In this document: piece after piece, positions 9,955 to 18,599 of the stretch | Position numbering within the stretch: the stretch's first letter is position 1 | How the letters are laid out: every line of letters begins with the position of its first letter | Assembly (NCBI GenBank): GCA_964609215.1 | Contig: CAZSQZ010000005.1 | Span: forward strand, 47,655-111,654 | Length of the DNA stretch: 64,000 nucleotides | DNA from: an uncultured Flavobacteriales bacterium | GTDB lineage: Bacteria; Bacteroidota; Bacteroidia; Flavobacteriales_D; JABDKJ01 | Direction of reading: 5' to 3' | Translations under genes and position numbers: made by a program | Notes under the pieces: model-generated | Told to the model about the DNA's origin: nothing | The model's input: the letters and a program-made list of their open reading frames with translations, nothing else | The model's database searches: none

Positions 9955-10812
9955 ATGAAAAAAATAAAGATTCTTCTGGTATTTTCCTTGACTACTCAAA
10001 TTCTTTTCGCAGGTGGTTGGGTGAAGAAAAAAGGAACAGGATATTACAAGTTATCTCAATGGTGGACGGTATTTGACCAACACTATACAGATCAAGGATT
10101 AATTGATCCTAATGTTACCATGGGCTTGTTCAACACGAACATTTATGTGGAACATGGATTAAGTGATAATTTCACATTATTAGCAAATGCTCCTCTGTTT
10201 AGTAGAAGTTATACCAATAACTTGGTTTCAAGTGTTTCAGGTAATATATTGGCAGAAGGCGATGCGCTAAACTCAATAGGCGATATTGATTTAGGAATTA
10301 AATACGGTTTTAATCAACAGGCTTGGCCTATTGCTTTCAGTTTAACGCTTGGGCTTCCTACAGGTGATGAATTGGGTGGTATACAGATGAACCTCCAAAC
10401 CGGAGATGGAGAGTTCAATCAGCTCTTAAGAGCAGATATCTCGCGTGCGTTTCAAATCAAAAAATTCTCGAATTATTTCAATTCCTATCTGGGAGTTAAC
10501 AATAGAACACAGGGTTTCTCAGATGAATTCAGATATGGTATTGAAGTGGGATCATCATACTATAATAAATTCTCTGCTGCATATCAATTGTACGGAATTG
10601 AATCACTAAGAAATGGTGATATGACAGATGGTGGAAATAGCGCAAGTGTCTTTGCCAATAACACAGAATTTACAGCATGGTCTATTGAGCTCAGTTATTA
10701 CGTTAAGAAGAGAGTCGGCATTTCAGCCAATTTCACCTCTACCTTTAGAGGAGAAATTATTGCAGCAGCACCATCTTATAGTATTGGCATCTTCATAGAT
10801 ACCAGTAGATAA
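9955..10812 (+). CDS. Putative outer-membrane beta-barrel protein
   Basis: Start moved to ATG 9955 (MKKIKILLVFSLTTQILFA), 1 nt after the upstream stop. Alternating amphipathic strands with Gly/Tyr/Asn-rich turns. Confidence 0.5.
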   Translation: MKKIKILLVFSLTTQILFAGGWVKKKGTGYYKLSQWWTVFDQHYTDQGLIDPNVTMGLFNTNIYVEHGLSDNFTLLANAPLFSRSYTNNLVSSVSGNILAEGDALNSIGDIDLGIKYGFNQQAWPIAFSLTLGLPTGDELGGIQMNLQTGDGEFNQLLRADISRAFQIKKFSNYFNSYLGVNNRTQGFSDEFRYGIEVGSSYYNKFSAAYQLYGIESLRNGDMTDGGNSASVFANNTEFTAWSIELSYYVKKRVGISANFTSTFRGEIIAAAPSYSIGIFIDTSR

Positions 10813-10992
10813 AATTAGTAGCAGCAAATCTCCATTTCGTTAGAAATTTAGAGAAGCTATTCATATTTCAAAAACGGAAATTAGGTTTAGTGGGAATAGT
10901 CTTTTTCCACTATTGTTTTCTATAGCTTAGCCCATTAACGGAATATTTGTATAATTTAGTCCGTTTAAGATTAATAAATTATCGGCTTCGAC

Positions 10993-13900
10993 ATGACCTG
11001 TAAATTCCTGTATAAAACACCTGCCATTTTTTTACTTCTTTTTTTCACTTCTCTTTCTAGCTATGGTCAAGATAAGTACCCTAGTCTACTCTGGGAAATA
11101 ACAGGAAATGGATTGGAAGAACCTTCTTATTTATATGGAACAATGCACGTAAGTTCAAAAACAGCATTCTACCTTGGAAAACCATTTTATGAAGCAATTA
11201 AAAGTGTAGATCAAGTAGCTTTAGAACTGGAACCCGAATTGTGGTTTGATGAAGTTTTAGACGGTGATTTTATTAACCGTACTTTTCGCTCCAACCCATA
11301 TTTAGCAGATTATTCTTACGGAAAAGAATCCTGGAATCAATTTGAAGGAAGATATACCTTCAAGGAAAGTCCCTTTAACAATACCAAGACCATTTTTGCT
11401 CAGAATCCTGAGATGCTTAATGAATTGCTGTTCAGGTTTTATGATATGACTGGTAATTTCGAAGAGGACACTTGGTTAGATATGTACATCTATCAATCCG
11501 CCAGAAAATTGAATAAGAAAACATTGGGTCTGGAAACTTTTGCTTATGCAACAAAGGTGATGCAAAAAGGATATCAAGCCCAATTGGAAGACAAGGATTT
11601 CCGAGAAAAAGATTACTCTAAAATGCAAGAACTTCAAGACCAATTGGAGCCTGCATATAGAGATGGGAATTTAGATCTTTTAGACTCTATTAGTAAGGCC
11701 ACATCATCTGAAGGTATGCTCAAATATTTACTTACGGAACGAAACGTAAATTTTGTAAATCAGATGGATAGCGTAATGAAAAACAATAGCCTTTTTGCTG
11801 CTGTTGGAGCTGCTCATTTGCCTGGTGAAGATGGCTGTATTGAAATGTTGAGAGAGAGAGGTTTTACACTAAAACCCGTTCTGCAAGGTGATCGCGATTT
11901 GAAATCAAAAAAATCTCTGGACAAAATGACCTTGAAAAGAGAGTTGAAAAAGTATGTTTCCGATGATGGTCAAATTTCATTTCAAACTCCTTACAAGGGA
12001 TATACCATCACCTTTCAAAACAATTCAACCAGTATTATGAGCATGGACATTGTCAATGGACTCACCTTTATGGTTGATCGTTTTTTAACCAACGATTTTT
12101 TTGAGAAAAAAAGCACCACTGAAATAAGGGAGAATATTGAGTCGTTGCTCTATGAAATTATTCCTGGCGAAATAATAAGTCAAAAAAATGTGAGCCATAA
12201 TTCCTTTCCCGCTTTGGAAATAATGAATAAGACAAGGAGAGGATTTATTCATAAATCTAAAATCATTTTCCTTCCCGGTGAGATTGTTATTGCAAGGCTT
12301 TCTGCTTCTGGAAACAAAGTAAAAAATGGAGAAGGAAATTACTTCTTCAATTCACTCGAGATTAAACAAAAAGAAGATGGTGATTGGAGAGAGAGAAAAA
12401 TTTCCGATAGCACATTGCAATATATGGCTCCCGGAAAAGAGCTGGGCTATCATTCTAAAGACAATAAGAACTATGGTGAATATTTTAGCGAGTATCTCAC
12501 CCGTGACCAAAGTGTTTTTAGGGTATATAGAATAATGATGCAGGATCCTGGATTTTTGGAAGAAGAAGCCTACATCAATAGCATTTGTGCAATGGGATTT
12601 AAAAAAGACTTAGAATTGAAGGAAATCAGTTCTGAGGAAGTAATGCATGACAGTAGACCAGCATTAAGAAATGAATACGAAACCCTGAACGATAAGAAAG
12701 TTTTTGCCCAGTTTCAAAATATAGGAAACAGTGCATACTCCTTTATTGCTTTCTGCGAATCGAAAGATGAGGCTTTAAAGTTTTTCAATAGTGCAAAATA
12801 TGCCAATCCGATTTATGAAGAATCGCATAATTATTTGGATTCAGCCTGCTTTATTACTTCCAAGCTGCCTTGGGAAAATGACCAAAATGAATTGAGCAAT
12901 CAATTGCTAAGAAATCCATATCAATCGAGAGGAGAAGATTATGATGAACTTGTGGAGAAATACTATAAGTATAGAAACTTAGGTACGCCCAGTAGCAATG
13001 AAGAAGTGAACATGAGTTATGAGCGTTTTGGTATTTATCAATATGGGTACAAGAAAGATGAAGAATGGTACAAGGCGAGAAAAGAATCGCTTACCAATTA
13101 TGACGATTTCTTTGTAGTCTATGAAAATAAGGTGCTCACAGATACAATGGAAACCTATGAACTTGTAGTTGGAGATACAGCAACTACCAAAAGATATTGG
13201 AATTTAGACATATTAAAAAACCACAGCTTACTTACCATTCAGGCTGTTTATGACAGCTTACTAGGGCCAAGTGATTTTTTAAATAATTTCTTTGAGAACA
13301 TTGACTTTATTGAAGACACTTTGAGTACTTATGATTTCTTTGAAGATAAAGACAAACTTCTACTAAGTGATATTCAAAGCGAAGATTCAACTAGATATGA
13401 TAGAGGTGAAAAAAATCTGGAGCTGGTCTGGGAATATACTCCAGATCAAATACATCAATTCTTTAAAAAGCTAGTAGAAAAACCTTCGAGCCTTGCAGAT
13501 GAAGATCAAATTGAAATTTATGAAGAAGGGCTAAAACAAACGAGATACTCCAATAAAACGGATGATAATGTAAACAAACTCAAGACCGATTATTTTGAGA
13601 ATTCAGAGAATTCGGAAGATCAAATATCTATCCTTTCCAACCTTGCTCAAATTTCCACAGAAAAGTCAATAAAAGCATTTAAGGAAATCATTGTCAAAGA
13701 ACCTCCCTTAGCTAGCAGCTATGAATTATTTTCCATGTTTAATGGTTTAGAAGATTCTTTGATATTAGCTAAGAATTTGTTTCCTGATATTCTAGTTCTT
13801 TTAGAATACGATGACTATTTACACCCCATGAAAAACCTTCTTGCAGATTTAGCCGACTCAGGCTTTGTTAGCCCAAGCCAATATAAAAGCAAACTTTCTT

Positions 13901-14622
13901 ATTTCTTAAGAAAAGCAAAAGTAGAGTTCAGAAAATTAACAAGCGCCAAAGAAGAAGAGGAAGACGATTACGGAAATAATTATTTCACACTTCACAAATA
14001 CTGGTCTATTCTCTACCCTATGAGAAATGAGGCTGAAGTAAAGAAATACTTTGAGGATTGTGCAAACACCGAAAACTTGGAGTTTATTGAAGAGTATCTC
14101 TATTTTCTGCATAGCAAGGAGGAAAAAGTAGCAGAAGATTTGATTATCAAAGTTCTTGAGAATAAAGAAAAAGTTCACAATAAATATGCTTTGCTAGATG
14201 AGCTTGAAAGAATAGACCTCATGAACTTAGCCGATAGTTTAGATTTAACACAAAGCTATGTCGAATCCAAACTAAATGACAATTGGTTTCATCGTTACTC
14301 CGAAAAAGAAGTAGACTCCTTGGAATTTGTAAGTAAGCAGGAAATACAAATTAGAAAGCGAAATTACGAGACCTTTTGCTACAAGTTTTTGCGAGATGAA
14401 AAGTGGAAAGCAGCAGTTATCATGATTGAAAAAAATGGCAAGTCTTTAGTTGATATGGATGTGATTAAAAAGTCGAAGACCATTAAAAAAGACGATGAAG
14501 CCGATGCAGAATATTTTCAAGACATTATTGACGGCCTTATTAGTAAGAACAGAAATAATGTATATGGAGAAGCTAAAGAGTATAGCAATTATGACTATGA
14601 CGATTATGACTATGGGTATTAA
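10993..14622 (+). CDS. Very large (1209 aa) TraB/GumN-family protein with an about 900-aa uncharacterised extension
   Basis: Signal peptide followed by PSLLWEITGNGLEEPSYLYGTMHV, and later AAVGAAHLPGEDG, which are TraB/GumN hallmarks. The remainder is alpha-helical and acidic with no recognised motif, ending YSNYDYDDYDYGY. Confidence 0.7.
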   Translation: MTCKFLYKTPAIFLLLFFTSLSSYGQDKYPSLLWEITGNGLEEPSYLYGTMHVSSKTAFYLGKPFYEAIKSVDQVALELEPELWFDEVLDGDFINRTFRSNPYLADYSYGKESWNQFEGRYTFKESPFNNTKTIFAQNPEMLNELLFRFYDMTGNFEEDTWLDMYIYQSARKLNKKTLGLETFAYATKVMQKGYQAQLEDKDFREKDYSKMQELQDQLEPAYRDGNLDLLDSISKATSSEGMLKYLLTERNVNFVNQMDSVMKNNSLFAAVGAAHLPGEDGCIEMLRERGFTLKPVLQGDRDLKSKKSLDKMTLKRELKKYVSDDGQISFQTPYKGYTITFQNNSTSIMSMDIVNGLTFMVDRFLTNDFFEKKSTTEIRENIESLLYEIIPGEIISQKNVSHNSFPALEIMNKTRRGFIHKSKIIFLPGEIVIARLSASGNKVKNGEGNYFFNSLEIKQKEDGDWRERKISDSTLQYMAPGKELGYHSKDNKNYGEYFSEYLTRDQSVFRVYRIMMQDPGFLEEEAYINSICAMGFKKDLELKEISSEEVMHDSRPALRNEYETLNDKKVFAQFQNIGNSAYSFIAFCESKDEALKFFNSAKYANPIYEESHNYLDSACFITSKLPWENDQNELSNQLLRNPYQSRGEDYDELVEKYYKYRNLGTPSSNEEVNMSYERFGIYQYGYKKDEEWYKARKESLTNYDDFFVVYENKVLTDTMETYELVVGDTATTKRYWNLDILKNHSLLTIQAVYDSLLGPSDFLNNFFENIDFIEDTLSTYDFFEDKDKLLLSDIQSEDSTRYDRGEKNLELVWEYTPDQIHQFFKKLVEKPSSLADEDQIEIYEEGLKQTRYSNKTDDNVNKLKTDYFENSENSEDQISILSNLAQISTEKSIKAFKEIIVKEPPLASSYELFSMFNGLEDSLILAKNLFPDILVLLEYDDYLHPMKNLLADLADSGFVSPSQYKSKLSYFLRKAKVEFRKLTSAKEEEEDDYGNNYFTLHKYWSILYPMRNEAEVKKYFEDCANTENLEFIEEYLYFLHSKEEKVAEDLIIKVLENKEKVHNKYALLDELERIDLMNLADSLDLTQSYVESKLNDNWFHRYSEKEVDSLEFVSKQEIQIRKRNYETFCYKFLRDEKWKAAVIMIEKNGKSLVDMDVIKKSKTIKKDDEADAEYFQDIIDGLISKNRNNVYGEAKEYSNYDYDDYDYGY

Positions 14623-14728
14623 ATCTTTTTTGAGTTGATAGTTGATAAATAGTTGTTATTTGCAAGCTAAAACCATAACTGTAATAAGAGTCAAGCTTTC
14701 CAATCTCTAACGAAAAATAAATTAACCA

Positions 14729-16018
14729 ATGAACAATTTAGCACTAGCATTGGTCATAGGAATTACTTTGTTGTCTTGCCATCAAAGTAAAAATGATAAT
14801 GACCAAAAAACTGAAAATCAAATTGCCAAAGAAGCATTAACCTCTGAATTAGACTCTATTCAAAAAAATGGTTTGATCAATGGCTTTGCAGTAGCGATGG
14901 TTGATAAAAATGAAATACTTTACACAAAAGGCTTTGGGTATTCTAACGTAGAGACAAAAGAAAAATACACAAAAAACACGGTACAACACATCGCTTCTGT
15001 TTCAAAAACCCTAATTGGTATAGCTTTAATGAAAGCAAAAGAAATGGGAAAATTAAACCTAGATGACCCAATTCAAGATTATTTGTCATTCAAAGTAATT
15101 AACCCAAATTATCCGAACGAAATTATAACCATAAGACATTTAGCCACGCATACCTCAGGAATTAACGATACCGAGCAATATATGGACAGAGCATGGATTC
15201 TTTCAGAGAATCAGGACTTAACAAATGTAAGTACCGATTACCCTGAGCAACAATTGAACCCATCTGAAAAAGATATACCAATGGAAGAATATCTCAAGGG
15301 ATATTTAGAAGTAGATGGCCTGTATTATCAAAAAGAAAATTACACCAATTTTAAAACAGGTGAACGTTATAATTACTCTAACATAGGTGCTACTCTTTGT
15401 GCCCTAGTAATTGAGAAAGCAACAGGTAGGGCATTTGATTCATTTACAAAAGAACATATTTTAAGACCTTTAGATATGAGTTCAACGGGTTGGTCATTAG
15501 AAAATGTGGACATAACAAAGCATTCAAAATTGTACAGAAATGACAACTCTGTTTTACCTTTCTATACTGCCATAACTTATCCTGATGGAATGCTAATTTC
15601 ATCTAGTAGCGATATGGCAAAATATTTAGCTGAACTGATAAAAGGATATAATGGAGAAGGAACATTGCTTTCAAAAGAAGCTTATAAAGAACTTTTTAAA
15701 GAACAACTAAATGAAACCCATTTTGCAGAAGGTGAACGAAACGAAGAAAATCCTTATGATGGGGATTATAGTCCTGCAATTTTTATCGGACATAGTGCAT
15801 TAGGTTTTATTGGTCATTCAGGTGGTGACGCTGGAGTTGCAACTTGGATGTATTTTGATAAAGAGGAAAAAACAGGTAGATATATTGTTATTAATTGTGA
15901 TATGGGTAATGATGAACGAGCTAGAGAATTAGAATATTATGCAATTTGGGATACAATGGATAAATATTTTGCTGAAATGAAATTTGAAAAGCCAGCACAT
16001 AACACAGTGCATAAGTAA
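14729..16018 (+). CDS. Serine hydrolase of the beta-lactamase / PBP4-like (class C) family, lipoprotein
   Basis: LLSC lipobox. SxxK motif ASVSKT. Downstream YSN motif (YNYSNIG), and HSGGDAG near the C-terminus. Confidence 0.8.
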   Translation: MNNLALALVIGITLLSCHQSKNDNDQKTENQIAKEALTSELDSIQKNGLINGFAVAMVDKNEILYTKGFGYSNVETKEKYTKNTVQHIASVSKTLIGIALMKAKEMGKLNLDDPIQDYLSFKVINPNYPNEIITIRHLATHTSGINDTEQYMDRAWILSENQDLTNVSTDYPEQQLNPSEKDIPMEEYLKGYLEVDGLYYQKENYTNFKTGERYNYSNIGATLCALVIEKATGRAFDSFTKEHILRPLDMSSTGWSLENVDITKHSKLYRNDNSVLPFYTAITYPDGMLISSSSDMAKYLAELIKGYNGEGTLLSKEAYKELFKEQLNETHFAEGERNEENPYDGDYSPAIFIGHSALGFIGHSGGDAGVATWMYFDKEEKTGRYIVINCDMGNDERARELEYYAIWDTMDKYFAEMKFEKPAHNTVHK

Positions 16019-16244
16019 TAGCGGTTTAAGTAATATAACAAAGTCCAGACTAAAACCGAAAGGTTTATTAGTAGATCACTACTCCAAATACACACGACTG
16101 TTTCTGCTTAGTGTAATTCCTTATTTAATTGTGAAGATTAGAATTTACCTCATCAATCTGTTTCATTTGGTTCCTATAAATTCGGTATATACCAGTAAAC
16201 TTAGAAATGCACAATGATAACATGACCTTTTTTAATTTGACAAT

Positions 16245-17102
16245 ATGCTTGGTTTCAAAAACGTTAAAAGAAATGATGACGATTTTCACAAATTGTATTG
16301 CCAGAACACTATTTACAACCATTTAACTTGGAATAAAAATGCTATCCAGGAATTAAAGCCCATAAAAAAATTGAAAACCATATTTTTATCCTTTCTCTTT
16401 ATCCTCATTTGTTTAGCAATTGTTTCTTTTTCATTTCTAGAAGAGAACCAAGAAGACGATAGGTTTATAAGCCATGAAGTAAACTTGAAAAAGAGTGATT
16501 TAAGGATGTTTCTTAATGATGAGGAAGGAAAAAAATATGGCAATTTTGACAAGCTCAAAAATGATTTAAACTCCAAAGGTTATAAACTCATTTTTGCCAT
16601 GAATGGTGGAATGTATATGGAGGATCAAAATCCCTTGGGACTCTATATTGAAGAGGGAATTACAAAACGAAAAATTAATCTAGTTCAGGAGGCCTATGGC
16701 AATTTTTATCTTCAACCCAATGGAGTTTTCTATATCACCACCAATAAAGAAGCAGGCATAATTCAAAGCACTAAATTCCAAAATAAGGCCATTCGTTTTG
16801 CCAGTCAATCTGGCCCAATGCTTTTGGTAGATGGAGAAGTCCATCATGCCTTAAACAAAGGTTCGAAAAACCTAAATGTGCGAAATGCAGTAGGAATTTT
16901 ACCCAATGGAAATGCGCTCTTTGCAATGTCTAAAAAACCCATCAATTTTTATGATTTTGCTATGTACTTTAAAAAGCTAGGTTGTAAAAACGCACTCTAT
17001 TTGGACGGTTTTGTCTCCAAAACTTATCTTCCTTCCAAGAACTGGAAACAAGATTCCGGAAAATTCGGAGTCATAATTGCGGAAATTCAAAAAGCAGATT
17101 AA
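16245..17102 (+). CDS. Phosphodiester glycosidase family protein (DUF2233/NAGPA-like), membrane-anchored
   Basis: One TM helix followed by FAMNGGMY, GPMLLVDG, RNAVGI and LYLDGF motifs typical of the family. Confidence 0.7.
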   Translation: MLGFKNVKRNDDDFHKLYCQNTIYNHLTWNKNAIQELKPIKKLKTIFLSFLFILICLAIVSFSFLEENQEDDRFISHEVNLKKSDLRMFLNDEEGKKYGNFDKLKNDLNSKGYKLIFAMNGGMYMEDQNPLGLYIEEGITKRKINLVQEAYGNFYLQPNGVFYITTNKEAGIIQSTKFQNKAIRFASQSGPMLLVDGEVHHALNKGSKNLNVRNAVGILPNGNALFAMSKKPINFYDFAMYFKKLGCKNALYLDGFVSKTYLPSKNWKQDSGKFGVIIAEIQKAD

Positions 17103-17127
17103 TCTATTTTCCTTAACCTTGTCTTGA

Positions 17128-18090
17128 ATGAAAATCCTCATTATTCAAACAGCTTTTATTGGTGATGTTGTTTTGGCAACTGCACTAGTAGAGTCGATTA
17201 AGAAAGAGCTGCCCAAAAGCTCCGTGGATTTCTTATTGAGAAAAGGAAATGAAGATCTTCTAAAGAACCATCCAAAAATAAACCGCCTACTCATTTTTAA
17301 TAAGAAAGAAGGAAAGTACAAAAACCTTTTCCGCTTGCTTTTAGATATAAGAAAAGAAAGGTACGACTACATCATAAATCCACATCGTTTTGGAACTTCT
17401 GGATTCTTAACTGCCCTCTCAAGAGCAAAGAACAAATTGGGTTTTGATAAGAATCCTTTTTCATTTTTCTATTCAAAAAAATACAAGCATCAATTGGATG
17501 GAGGAATGCATGAGACCGAAAGAAATCACTTACTCATTTCCGATCTGGTGCAATCCAAAGTAGAAAAACCCAAATTATATCCCAGTGAAAGAGATTATGA
17601 AGTCATTCCAAATGAAGATTATGTGTGCATGGCTCCTGCCTCAGTTTGGTTTACCAAACAATATCCTGAAAAATCTTGGGTAGATCTTGCCAACAGAATT
17701 CCTAAAGGCATTAAAATTTTCCTAATTGGCGGACCTGGAGACAAGGACCTTTGTCAAAGAATAGCAGATGCCTCTTCATCCCAGGATATTTCCAATAAAG
17801 CCGGAGCCTATAGTTTTCTGCAATCTGCAGCTTTAATTTCCAAAGCGAAAATGACCTATGCCAATGACTCTGCTCCTATGCATTTTGCATCAGCTATGAA
17901 TGCTCCAGTAACAGCAATTTATTGCTCCACCGTTCCTGCCTTCGGTTTCGGCCCATTATCAGAACAATCATATATAGCTGAATACCAAGAAAAATTGGAA
18001 TGCAGGCCTTGTGGAATTCATGGAAAGAAAAACTGTCCGTTAGGGCATTTTAACTGTTCAAACTTTAGGATTGAAGCAATATTTAAGTAA
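17128..18090 (+). CDS. Glycosyltransferase family 9 (LPS heptosyltransferase-like)
   Basis: MKILIIQTAFIGDVVLATALVESIK N-terminus, LIGGPGDKDL, and YANDSAPMHFASAMN, all typical of GT9. Confidence 0.85.
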   Translation: MKILIIQTAFIGDVVLATALVESIKKELPKSSVDFLLRKGNEDLLKNHPKINRLLIFNKKEGKYKNLFRLLLDIRKERYDYIINPHRFGTSGFLTALSRAKNKLGFDKNPFSFFYSKKYKHQLDGGMHETERNHLLISDLVQSKVEKPKLYPSERDYEVIPNEDYVCMAPASVWFTKQYPEKSWVDLANRIPKGIKIFLIGGPGDKDLCQRIADASSSQDISNKAGAYSFLQSAALISKAKMTYANDSAPMHFASAMNAPVTAIYCSTVPAFGFGPLSEQSYIAEYQEKLECRPCGIHGKKNCPLGHFNCSNFRIEAIFK

Positions 18091-18098
18091 ATTTAAGG

Positions 18099-18599
18099 AT
18101 GATCAAAAAAATCGTTTTTTCGTTCGCCCTTATTCTTTCAATAGGCAATTTTCAAAGTCAAGATATGGACAATCAAAAGCTAGGAGAAATAATTTATGAA
18201 ATGAGTGATACTTTGGTTGGAGATATGGGCCAATGGTCTTTCTTTATAAATGAAGTACCCTTTTATTGCATTACCGACCAAAATCACAATAGAATGCGCA
18301 TCATTTCTCCTGTTGCTGAAATGAGTCAATTGAAAAAAGAACATAAGGAAATGGCTCTTAAGGCTAATTTTCACAGTGCCCTAGATGTGCGTTACGCAGA
18401 ATCGGATGGCGTAATGTGGGTTGCTTTTATACACCCACTTAAGGAGTTAAGCGAAGGACAGGTAGAAGATGCGATAAGACAAGTATTTGCAGCCAATTTA
18501 ACCTTTGGGACCACTTATACTAGCACCGATCTTGTTTTCCCAGCCCCAGGCAATCAAGAAGAAGAGGAGAAAGAAGAAGAGAATTTGGAACGTTCCTGA
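18099..18599 (+). CDS. Small secreted protein, unknown function (possibly YbjN/CesT-like fold) with acidic tail
   Basis: Signal peptide MIKKIVFSFALILSIGNFQSQ. Conserved core NRMRIISPV...ANFHSALDVRYAESDGVMWVAFIHPL. A 3' fragment of this gene is duplicated at 24611..24847. Confidence 0.5.
   Translation: MIKKIVFSFALILSIGNFQSQDMDNQKLGEIIYEMSDTLVGDMGQWSFFINEVPFYCITDQNHNRMRIISPVAEMSQLKKEHKEMALKANFHSALDVRYAESDGVMWVAFIHPLKELSEGQVEDAIRQVFAANLTFGTTYTSTDLVFPAPGNQEEEEKEEENLERS

Noticed and set aside
15984-16322. Track ORFs 15984..16217 (+) and 16125..16322 (-) in the spacer between the beta-lactamase-family and DUF2233 genes.
   Set aside because: They have no motifs and odd composition, and they overlap each other and the neighbouring genes. 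The region more likely holds a small aaacc-gaaa-ggttt hairpin and the promoter of 16245..17102.
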